Assembly (NCBI GenBank): GCA_030167865.1
Contig: JALAGF010002696.1
Span: 1-47,505 of the forward strand
DNA from: Craspedostauros australis
Taxonomy: Eukaryota
Reading direction: 5' to 3'
Length of the DNA stretch: 47,505 nucleotides
The position numbers and the translations under genes are program-made. Below, one piece after another: positions 1-9,817 of this stretch. The notes beneath the pieces are model-generated. The model did not search any database and was not told the origin of the DNA. It saw only the letters and a list, made by a program, of their open reading frames with translations. Positions within the stretch are counted from its first letter, which is position 1; each line of letters begins with the position of its first letter.

Positions 1-800
1 GTGTACATCGCGATCGTATTCCACGGCATGGATGCCGGCCATGCGGTTGTCGCAGGCGACCACAACTGTCGCCGCAGAAGCACCGCTCTCTGTGCCGGAT
101 TCCCGAAGCATTCTGTCAGCCACCACCAGGGCTTGGTATATGCCACCTAGCTCTGCTCGGTACGCGCTTTGTATTGCTTGTCTTCCTTGCACCGGCCCCG
201 CCATCTGTAGGCATCCATCACGTTGCCCTCGCACGTTCAACGAGAAAGCCGCCGTGCTCCTGCCGTCCTTAAACGACCCATCGGTGCTGATAACAGCTCT
301 ACCTTCTCGTGTTGCCTGGACCCACTTCGCTGCGGCTTCCCCGAACTCCGACCTCACAGCCCCGCTCGGTTGTCTCCACCATCTGCCCACTCCCACCACG
401 TATACCTGTTCATCCCGTTGTCGGAGCCATACTTGGCGTCCCTGCGTTGCTGCCAGTTCTGTGGGTTGCCCTTGGCGCCGGAATCCCTGTAATCCTGGGT
501 CGTCGCCAGCTCGTGCTGCCCACTTCTGCCAGTGACCCCCGCTCTCCCTGGTCCACACTGCGCTTGTGCTCACCTCCCATAGAGCTTCCGGTGGAGCCAC
601 CATTCGGCCGTCTGTCGAGAGCTGTCCTCGCACTCTGCGTATCGCTCTCCCCCACAACCTCCAGTCTTGGTCCGGTATTGGTCCTTGCCGCGGCCAAGCT
701 ATGCTAGCTCGTCCTCGCCATCGGCCGCGTGCCGTCTCTGGAGGGAGCTCTGCTTCCGCGCACGCCACGTCCCCAGTCGTCATCACCTGCATTTTTACCC
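1..800 (-). mobile_element. Non-LTR retrotransposon (LINE)-type fragment encoding linker plus RNase H; runs off the window
   Basis: Manual minus-strand translation (absent from the ORF track because there is no stop before position 1): VISTDGSFKDGRSTAAFSL...GPVQGRQAIQSAYRAELGGIYQAL...VVVACDN. The DGS / SAYRAEL / CDN motifs carry the D-E-D RNase H residues and resemble those of diatom LINE ORFs. Visibly more GC-rich than the adjacent copia sequence. Right boundary approximate. Confidence 0.7.
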
Positions 801-2052
801 TGCACCGATTCAGGATCTCGGCACAATACTCGAAGCAATAGTCCCATAGGTATGCTGGTGTGTTCGTGGATGTCATGAGTCGACGGTAGTGACGTCTGAG
901 CTCACGAATTGTCGCTTCAGCCTTGTTCTGATTGTGAATGTAGGCTTCAATTGGTCGAAGTGAAACCTGTGCCTTGAGAAGCTTTGCTTTGAAGTCGCCT
1001 TCGACAAGCTCTTTCGCATTATCTGGTATCATGGTGTGCGGAATTCCGTAGTCTCTGAATAATTCGTCAAGTGTCTGTGCAGCTTCGCGTCGGGCTGCCA
1101 TTGGGTACACTCGAACCCAATGAAACGGCGTACAATAGATCATGGCACACTTGTTTCCGCGCATGGACTTTGTCTTCGCGATCATGGTATCCGTGTACAT
1201 CTTGGTGTTGAGGCGGCGATATCGAAGTTGCATTGCATATGGAACCAAACGACGTGTTCCCGTTGTCGTGCTGAAGTCTCTGACAGCCAATTGTGTTGTG
1301 ACGCCAAGCGTGCGTCGTGCTGCTTCAATACCGATGCGCCACCTTGCTGCCAGCTGTTCTGGCGTAACCGTCCCCTTTCGATTGGAGGTACGTGCATGTT
1401 GAATGGAATGTATTTCGCGTTGACATGTAAGTGATGAAATGTGTTGCATCTGCTTTTCTGACTCAAGCTTGGTACGGATGGACGCCTCATCGTCCCCTGT
1501 CGACAGCTGGGCTGGATCCCAATACTGATCGGATGTCATGTAGACGTGTACGCAATCATGATCGGACCTGATCTCGTCCTTGGTAGGTTTGCGTATATGG
1601 AAGTAGGAAACTGTACCATGTAGCTGAAGAGGAATATGCAGATCGTAATGTGAATAAAGAATAGAATGTGAGTGTGCATGGCGCTCATCCTCCGGCAACA
1701 TCGTGAGAGGTGTTTCATTGATTGTAATGCCAGCCATGCGCATTTGATGTGGACACAACAGCGGATGTCGTAAATTGTCGAAGTATAACGATTGAGGAAA
1801 GAAGAGAATGTAAGTCGTGTACGAGATCGGATCATCATATGCAATTGCCGCTGTTACAATGGGCACGTTCTCGACGTCTCCCAATGTGTCCAAAAATGGT
1901 GATGTTGTGACAGTTTGTGAGGTACGATGCACAATGTAAGCAGATGGTCCGAAAGCACAAGTGTCAGCGTGTGAGTCCAGCTCAGCCCTGGATGTGTCAG
2001 GTGGGAGGGATTGACTCGTCGCGGCTGTCTGGCGACGTCCTCCCGCCTCATG
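1..2052 (-). CDS. pol: Pol frame: copia aspartic protease plus DDE integrase, continuing in frame into LINE-type RNase H (partial, open to window edge)
   Basis: 684 stop-free codons from 2052 to 1, read codon by codon. Protease D at 1975-1977. CoDi-like linker motifs SYFHIRKPT, MTSDQYWDP, VTPEQLAARWRIG. The last two integrase acidic residues are 34 aa apart. Confidence 0.85.
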
Positions 2053-3546
2053 TCAGGACTGGCTTTGTTGGTTTCGGCGCGTCACGAAAGCACCGATGCC
2101 GCTCCTTTGCTGCTGGTTGGTGGAGGCACCTCCCGAGGCAGCAGAAGTCAATTGTGACACCTCCTCGTTTCGCTGATTTGTGCTCTGACCCTGCGTGCTG
2201 ACCACTGCGACTCCTCGTCTCGCGTCACGTTCCTGTCTTAATGCAATAGCACGAGCCCTTTGCGATGCTGACATTGCAGCCCATTCATCTCGATCGTAGT
2301 ATCTGTCTGTGACTTTCATATTCGCATCATATTGTGGCTTGCTCTTGTCACCACCTCTTCCTCGACCACCTCTGCCACCCCGACCTCTACCTCCACCTGA
2401 GCGACGCCGGTACTTTGGACTATTGCCTTGTAATCCTGCGATACGTCTGTTGACTGCAGTATCAGTGCGTTGATCCAATGATTCCGACAAATAGTTGACT
2501 GTGTTGTGGAAGCTGGATCGAATTGATGGCGTTGCACGTACAACTTCGCATGCAGCTTTGAGTCGGTCATCTTTGATACCACGTGTGAGACGTCGCACTT
2601 TTGCTTCTTCGACTTGTGGTTCACCACCTTGTGCGAGGTCCTCGAAAGCTGAGTTCAGTCGTTGTGCGTAAGTCTCGAATGTGAAGTTTCGTGCTTTTCC
2701 ATCAAAGTAAGACTCTGCGATGATCTTATCTGCTGACGCTTTCGTTCTCGCTTGGTAAGAGTCTCCACGATAGTGTTGTTCCAACGCCTGATGTCCTGCA
2801 CGTCCGTCCTTGGATTGTTCGAATCCTTGCACCCAATTCCACGCTGGACCTCCATGTGTCACAGCTCGGATTACTTGCCAAACCGCAGCATTGTCTGTTC
2901 TGTAGGTCAACTCCACGTGTGGTGCTCGATCAATGAGTTCGTCCAATAATGTCGGCTCTCCGAATCCTTGTATCACAGGTGGAGATCTGTCTTCTGGTTT
3001 TGCCGAATCTGGTCGAACGACGTATGCCAAAGGCACGTCCTTGCTTCCAAGTGTATTCTCCAAATAGTTCTTGATATCTTCCAATGTTTCCCTGACATTC
3101 TCGATCTTGGTAAGCAATTCTGGTACTGGCAGAGGGTCTGCTTTCTTGATGCGTGTCTCTTCCTTGAACAGGCTCCACACATTCTTCAATCTTGATAGTG
3201 TGGCGCTCGAAGACGTGAAAGTCCGTTGAATGCGGCTGTAATGAAATCGTAAATATCGAAGTTGTCGTAATCGCTGTTCGTAGACCCATCCAAAAGGCAC
3301 TCCTGGATTCTTGATCATCGTCGGTATTCCAGTATCTGGCTTTGAGGGTACAAATGACGGGTTCTGAATGTAGCCACTGCCTTGTCGAATCGTTTTGCAT
3401 AAGCCTTGGATCTCGTCATCATCAAAGGCGAGCAGGTCGTCAAATGACGCAATCCCTTGCTCCTTCAACGCTTGACCCATTGCATCTTCTGGAAACAGTA
3501 GCACATTTCGAAGGTAGTTCTGTAACTCTGCTGCTGCTCCTGCCAT
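805..3546 (-). mobile_element. Ty1/copia LTR retrotransposon (diatom CoDi-like), gag-protease-integrase part; RT not in window, LTR not delimited
   Basis: Gag ORF followed in frame by protease (RAELDSHADTC) and integrase (MYTDTM...IPDNAKE...NQNKAE...LWDY). The PR-IN order with no RT in between is the copia arrangement. Confidence 0.9.
2053..3546 (-). CDS. gag: Copia Gag (497 aa)
   Basis: Motifs seen in diatom copia Gags (GSKDVPLAYVVR, FTFETY, RYYDRDEWAAMSASQR), an RGG-rich segment, and position directly upstream of the protease. Confidence 0.85.
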   Translation of the reverse strand: MAGAAAELQNYLRNVLLFPEDAMGQALKEQGIASFDDLLAFDDDEIQGLCKTIRQGSGYIQNPSFVPSKPDTGIPTMIKNPGVPFGWVYEQRLRQLRYLRFHYSRIQRTFTSSSATLSRLKNVWSLFKEETRIKKADPLPVPELLTKIENVRETLEDIKNYLENTLGSKDVPLAYVVRPDSAKPEDRSPPVIQGFGEPTLLDELIDRAPHVELTYRTDNAAVWQVIRAVTHGGPAWNWVQGFEQSKDGRAGHQALEQHYRGDSYQARTKASADKIIAESYFDGKARNFTFETYAQRLNSAFEDLAQGGEPQVEEAKVRRLTRGIKDDRLKAACEVVRATPSIRSSFHNTVNYLSESLDQRTDTAVNRRIAGLQGNSPKYRRRSGGGRGRGGRGGRGRGGDKSKPQYDANMKVTDRYYDRDEWAAMSASQRARAIALRQERDARRGVAVVSTQGQSTNQRNEEVSQLTSAASGGASTNQQQRSGIGAFVTRRNQQSQS

Positions 3547-4500
3547 GGTGATTGTCTTTCATGCGTTGGTATACTCGTCTTGGTTGCTGTTGTTGTCTGT
3601 GTTGTAATCGTGTGTTAATCGTGCGAATTGTGGTTTTTGTGAGAAAAGCGAATGCGTTCCGTGACGCTCAAAACAACAGAACAACAGACAAAGCGAAGGC
3701 AGATTAACACGCTGGAACACGGCGCATCTGCAGTTAGTCTCGTTACATCATGTCCATTTCCCCCAGCAGTCGCGCTACTGCGTCCTTGTTCCGTATGTTG
3801 TGAAGTCGCGAAGCGGGAAATTTGCACCCAGGATCTGTACTACCACCATGGGCAGCCGACTCAAGGAACGAACATGTCGATCACATGCATGATGCGTCCA
3901 TCATTGCCACTCAGTTACGCATTTGCGAGAACACTGAGTTGATGTCTCTCTGGTGTTGATCGAAAATCACCAGCACATGGTAGTCAAAGGAGACACCGCA
4001 CTATACAGGCTGTGCCGGCCGTGGCGGGATCTGCACATGTTGCAGCCCAGTATTATCGTAGCCTCCTCAGGCTGTTCCTCTGTGTTGTTGCTCAGAAAGA
4101 GCGACGAGTCAATGATAAACCAAACTCTACTTGCGGGGAAAGGCATGGAATCGAAGGGAAACTGATTGATTATGAGCACAAGGCATGAGCCATTTACCCC
4201 TGACGTGGTCTCTACTGTGCTGCGTACGATTCAGCCGCTGATGCCCTGTCTAACGCCCAATTAACCGAAATAACGCTCGCGTCTCCTTGGACCAACAAAC
4301 AATCGACAGCCTGGTCAAAGATGCATGTCGCAAGCCAATCCGACCGAGCCGGATTCAATTGGAGTAGAGGGTATTATACTTTACTCCTCTGCTGTACAAT
4401 TCCATTTCGACTGCTGGTGCCGCCGCCGCTGACGGCAACGAAATAGTGACAGAGAGCAGAGGACCGCAAGAATGAGCCAAGCAAAATAGCATAGAGCAGA

Positions 4501-4525
4501 CAAGGCCAAGGCCAAGGCCAAGGCC
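4501..4525. repeat. (CAAGGC)4 microsatellite
   Basis: caaggccaaggccaaggccaaggcc read directly. Confidence 0.9.
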
Positions 4526-5249
4526 TTGCCGTCGCGTATGACCTACGAATGTCGCCTTTCGTCGCTTGTTCCAGAATACCTCATTTCCACAACAGCGACA
4601 TCGACAGCCACATCGAATCACTGATTTTCTGACCACGAAAGAACTTCAGATTCTCAAGTACGTAGGGACTCCATTTCAAAGTCTCTTCTGCGATCGGTGG
4701 ACGGACCATGCGCACTACTCGTAGTTGAGTCCCCGTCGCACCGCCTTCAACGCATCTCTCGTACCTGGTTCCGTTCCTGCCCGGCAACGCACGCAATTTT
4801 CTCAACAGGCTGATTCAAGAGGGCCACCGGGAGCTGCGGCCGCACTGCCGCAACCTCGCCAAGAGCAACATGGGCCGCAATGTGGGTTACGAGAAACATG
4901 ATTGTTTGTGAGGTATAATACCTACTTGCCTACCCAAAGTGCTTGGGGGTAAAGCAAGCTTCTGTCTCGTGCCTCAGCTCGAGTCTAGCAGAAAAGGCGT
5001 AGATTGGGTGAGCTGTTGGTCGGGTGGATTGCGCCGTGTTGTGTTTCCCTACCTTGGATGAGCAGAATGGTCTTCTCGATCACAATCAGCGCTGAAGCAG
5101 GAACACAAAGGAATATAATACTGCAAGTGCAGAGGGTATTGTAGCGTCGTATTATGCCCTTCCCACAGCGACCGGCTTATTGCTATTGCTCAACCGCATT
5201 TGTCTGCTCTACTAGTGCTCTGCTACGTCCCGTTCATACCGAACTGCTG

Positions 5250-8027
5250 TCACATCTTCTCGGCGTTCTTGGTGAGTGTATCGAACATGAAGTCGTGAGC
5301 CAGGGATGTCATGAATGCGCTTTGCTTGGCATCGGCAGCGCCACCATGCCCTCCCTCGATGTTCTCGTAATAGTACACCGGCCACTCCTTCCCTTCGCCA
5401 AGATCCCACAGCTTCTTCACCATCTTCCGAGCATGGGCGGGATGAACGCGATCATCCTTCGTGGATGTCGTGAACAGGATCGGGGGATACGATTCTCGGT
5501 TGATATCGATGTTGTGATACGGCGAGTACTTGTGAAGGAAGTTGTCCCAGTCATCAGTGTCTGGGTTGCCGTACTCGGCCATCCAGCTGGCTCCAGCCAG
5601 CAAGGTGTTGAAGCGCTTCATATCCAACAACGGAACGGCGCAATGGATCGCACCGAACAGCTCAGGCGCCATGGTGTACATGTTGCCCATGAGCAAGCCG
5701 CCTTTGGTCGTTGAAGCGCACGTTCGTCGCGCATCGTCAAGCGCAAACCAAGTAGAGGACGGAACAGAGCGCAGAATTGCATACCCACGGGGCCTCATGG
5801 CATGAAAAGAAACACAGATTATTGATGCGATATGTGAGACATGCAAACACGAAATCGGCGCATTTGTGTAGAGCAGAGCAGGAGTACCCGAACACTCGGT
5901 GGGAGCGACAGGAGCAACGAGGCGAATCCTTCCACAGAGTCGCCATCCTCCGCACCACTACAAAACTGCTGCAGTGTTGCGATAGCGCGAACTCTCAGCC
6001 GCTCACAAATAAATCGCAACAAGTAGAACAACTCAATGCACCGACAGTGAACGACATTGCGGCGTACCATTGGATCCTCCCCGCGCTGCGAGCGTCTTCG
6101 GCGTGCAGATCTTAGATTCGATCAGATGCTCCGCAACAGCAATGAAGTCTTCGTAGCACTTGTTCCGGTTCTCTTTCAAGCCTGCCTGATGCCAGGATGG
6201 TCCGAATTCTCCGCCACCACGGATGTTGGCTTCGATGTACACGCCGCCGCGTTCAAGCCAGGAAAGGCCGGTGGATGCGACGTAGTGTGGTCCAAGCGAG
6301 ACCTCGAATCCGCCGTACCCATACAGCAAGGTGGGATTCTTTCCATTCAGCTCAACGTCCTCTTTCATGACGATGAAGTACGGTACCTGAGTCCCGTCCT
6401 TGCTCGTGGCCATGCGCTGCTCCACTTTCAACCCGGTGGAGTCGTACATTTCTGGAAGAGACCTGAGCTTGTCCGTGACAAAGAGGTCATCATCATCGTC
6501 ACCATTCTCGGCGCTGGCTGCCTCGTCTCCTTCCACTTTCGTGGCATCGGCTAGGCACAGCGTGGTCGGCGTAATGTAATCGCTGGTCGAGAACCAGAAC
6601 TCGTCAGAGTCTGTGGAATCGACTGCCCATGCGGAGCAATCGCGGATGCGCGGTACCTTGTCACCGCCGATGAGTGTCACCGAAGCGGCTCCCTCGTCGA
6701 GTTTGTAGAACTCCAGCTTGCTCTTGACGTCGTGCATGGTGGACAGCAGCAGGTAGTTCTTCGTGCAGGTGTAGTACTCGTATGCGGTGCGATCGCTGGG
6801 TTCGAATAGCACAGTGTACTCGCAAGCTTCCTTGCCCTCCGCCAGGAACTTGTTGATGTCGCAGTAAATTAGCGACCCCGTCTTGTAGGTGGCACCGCCT
6901 TCCTTGGGTGTCCAATCAGATCGTAGCAACAGGGTCATCATGTTGCCGTAGATGCTCGGGTTGGCATCGGCCTGAATATCCAAGTCCTGGAACTTGGGTG
7001 ATTCCAACGCATCGTTTGTGCGTTCTTGGGGTGCCAGCAGGTGCTCTTCATCTAGCTTCGCAATCACGTACTTGGTTTCGTAGAAGTTGATCGAGCGGTA
7101 GTGGAGCTGCCAGATGCCTCCGCCGAACTTGCGCTGATCCGAGACGTAGGCGCCGACAGCAATGTCCGTCTTCTCGCCTTCGAAGATGACAGGCGCATCC
7201 TCGACCTTCGTGCCACGAACCCACTCGCGGACGGTGCGAGGATAGCCAGAGTCGGTGAGGGAATCTGGACCAAGGTCAGTTCCAACCATGAGGACGTTGC
7301 GCGATTTGTAGCTGGCGCGGGTCTTCGCCTCGGGCAGGTTGAAGGGGTCCTCTTCGACGAAGGACCCAGAAAGCAGATCAAACTCCTTGACGTGAATCGC
7401 ATCCATTCCACCACGGCTGAGGTTGAGCAGCGCCCGCGTGACGATGCGCCCCTCCGAGATGGGGTCCCGCGCTCGTGGCAAGGCCCTGGATCCCTTCCAG
7501 ACCCAAGACACGCCATCCTTCTCCGCCAATGCATCCACGTCTAGGACGAGGTCCCAGTTGGGCTTTGCATTGGCTTTGTACTCGCTGAGGGTGGTCTTGC
7601 GCCAGATCCCCTTGGGATGATCCTTGTCCTTCCAGAAGTTGTACATGACGCGATCGCCTTTCTCGTCAAGGCCGTAGTTGCTGGGGTAAGGGATGCGGTC
7701 CTCCGACTCCAGCACGCCGAGCACCTTCTCGTAGGTCTTTGCCTCTCCGTTCTTTGGATCTCCCAGCGCCTCGAGGCATTTTGCGTTGGCGGACTTGGCA
7801 AACTCCAAGCACTCATCGGCCTCCACTTCCTCCAACCAGGAGTATGGATCTTCCGTGGATGGCGTTGATGTGGATGACATGCTGACGGATTGCTGTGCGA
7901 ATGGAGCGGAAGAGTGGGCGAATGACGTCGGGAGCAAGGAGAATGACAGCACAGGTCGAACCAGGTGAAGCAATGGCAAAGAGATCAGACACCGTCTGCG
8001 CGCTTGTCTCGCAAATCGTGGCAACAT
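5250..8027 (-). CDS. Prolyl oligopeptidase (peptidase S9A); exons 8027-6068 and 5701-5250, about 803 aa, N-terminal targeting-like extension
   Basis: EDPYSWLEE, LLYGYGGF, ANIRGGGEFG. Removing GT-AG intron 6067-5702 restores the catalytic GGSNGGLL motif. Downstream DDRV and GGHG complete the Ser-Asp-His triad. Confidence 0.95.
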
Positions 8028-8613
8028 TATTTTATGACCAACGAGCAGCTCCTATGTATACCAGTACGAGTGATGCATCCGTAGCCTGTATCGTGCAATG
8101 TTGCACTTTGCCATCACCAACACAAGAGAGTCGCCGGCGGTCCGCGTGGCTCGTCGGCAGATACAACGCAGGCAGCAAAAAGCACGCACCAGATAGATGC
8201 TGTTGTCGTTGGTCGAATTTTCTGCAATTGTTTCTCTCTTGTTTTCTCTGTCGTTCTTTCGGCGTCTGCGTATCCATGACTTGGCAAAGGTGATATTTGG
8301 TCGAATGTGTCAATCCAGGCGGAACAATCAACTTGATTCGCGCTCCAAGACATTCTATGCTATAAGTCTAGAGAGATGGATGACTCCCAAGAACAAAAAC
8401 GCACGGACAAGATCGAGGTTCCACACACGTCCATCCTTCCTGCACACGAAGTTCTGCGCCCTCGTTCCGCTCTCGCTCCACCTCACCATCTCGGAGGCGC
8501 ACCAACATGCTCCTGCCTGAACACAGTGTACAATCTTGTTCATTGTGCCACCATTGACAATCACATCCATCGTAGTACCACAAGCCACACCAATCACCTT
8601 CGCCTTACCCACA

Positions 8614-8955
8614 ATGCAAATCTCTCGCGCCATTCTGAGCTCGCTGCTGCTGCTCCTCTGCACAGCCACCGCATGCCATGCATTCGCTGTTGCACCAGCG
8701 ACGGTGCGCGCTTCGTCACTGCAAATGACGGTGCTGACGTACGGAAGCAAGAAGAAGAACTTCAAGCCCGGCACGCCGCTTTCGAAGGCGGTCGCGCAGC
8801 TGGGTGTCAAGCCACGTTACTCCTGCAAGAAGGGAGATTGCGCCACATGCGAGATATTCCTGGCAGGGCGCATGACGAAGCCCTGCGTCGCCAAGGTCCC
8901 TCCGGAGCCCAGGCTGAAATCGTTGCAAGAAAAGGGACTCGAAATCCGCATGTAA
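8614..8955 (+). CDS. Small plastid-targeted 2Fe-2S ferredoxin-type protein (113 aa)
   Basis: Signal peptide ending CHA-F (ASAFAP-like) plus transit peptide. CKKGDCATC (Cx4Cx2C) and a distal PCVA cysteine. Confidence 0.8.
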   Translation: MQISRAILSSLLLLLCTATACHAFAVAPATVRASSLQMTVLTYGSKKKNFKPGTPLSKAVAQLGVKPRYSCKKGDCATCEIFLAGRMTKPCVAKVPPEPRLKSLQEKGLEIRM

Positions 8956-9817
8956 AGCGATTTTACATCGGAGCTTCGAGTGCGGTGCGACGATTGAACG
9001 TGAAATCTGGGGATTCCGTGTCTTCGTGTGCTGACATGGCATCAACGCTTGTAGGCTGCCGCTTTGATGGTGAATCAACTATTCTCCCCAGAGAGCCGCC
9101 CATGCATTCATCAGAAACCATGACGCCATGGAATGCCCAACAAAACAGAGACGCACGATTCAGAAAGAGAGCATTGCCTTCGAAACATGGAGATGTTTTG
9201 CGACTACTCTTGCTCGTAGAGTACTGCTCTTGCTTCGATGAGACCGCATGCGCGCACTCCAGTATTCTGTCGGCATTAGGATCCGCTCTCTCTCTCTCTC
9301 GAAGAGTCGTAGGGACGACGTGTATTGTACGTACTCAAGTCGTTTCCATCAATTCTTCTTTGAAGCAGAGGCAATCATCTGAAGTATTCGATAGTCGAGG
9401 GAGTTTACAGATGATGTTTGCTCTGAAGGGAGATCATCGGGCCGTTTATTCAATACGACAACTGGCAATGCGGCTGGTGATTCGCACTGCTCTTGACCAT
9501 ACGCACGAGTACGAACGCCTCTCCAACCAATACTGAGCATTCGATGCATAGGAATGCCTCCTTTTGCGAAATGAATAAAGAGTAAAACACAGAATAACAT
9601 GATTTATGAGCACTCTACTCGTATGCGCGTGCGTTATCCATTTTCTATCTCCATCCGCATGGTAAAATGATGTGGATGACGACGTCGGGACAGAGTTCGT
9701 TTAGAGGATCATTGCCACCGCTCAACGTTGCTATCCATTGGCTTTGGCTCGAGCCTCCTCGCTCAGACCCTGAAATCGCCCTCCAAAATGCGGCATGGCG
9801 TGGTAAAGGAGGTCTCT

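Noticed and set aside
1854-2051. 65-aa ORF starting at the ATG right after the gag stop, as a pol start
   Set aside because: It is in a different frame from the protease/integrase and terminates early.
3547-4350. 5' LTR and primer-binding site of the copia element
   Set aside because: No second LTR copy in the window and no convincing tRNA-complementary PBS found by eye, so boundaries cannot be supported.
8376-9536. 386-aa plus-strand ORF
   Set aside because: Overlaps the 2Fe-2S gene in another frame and has no recognisable protein features.
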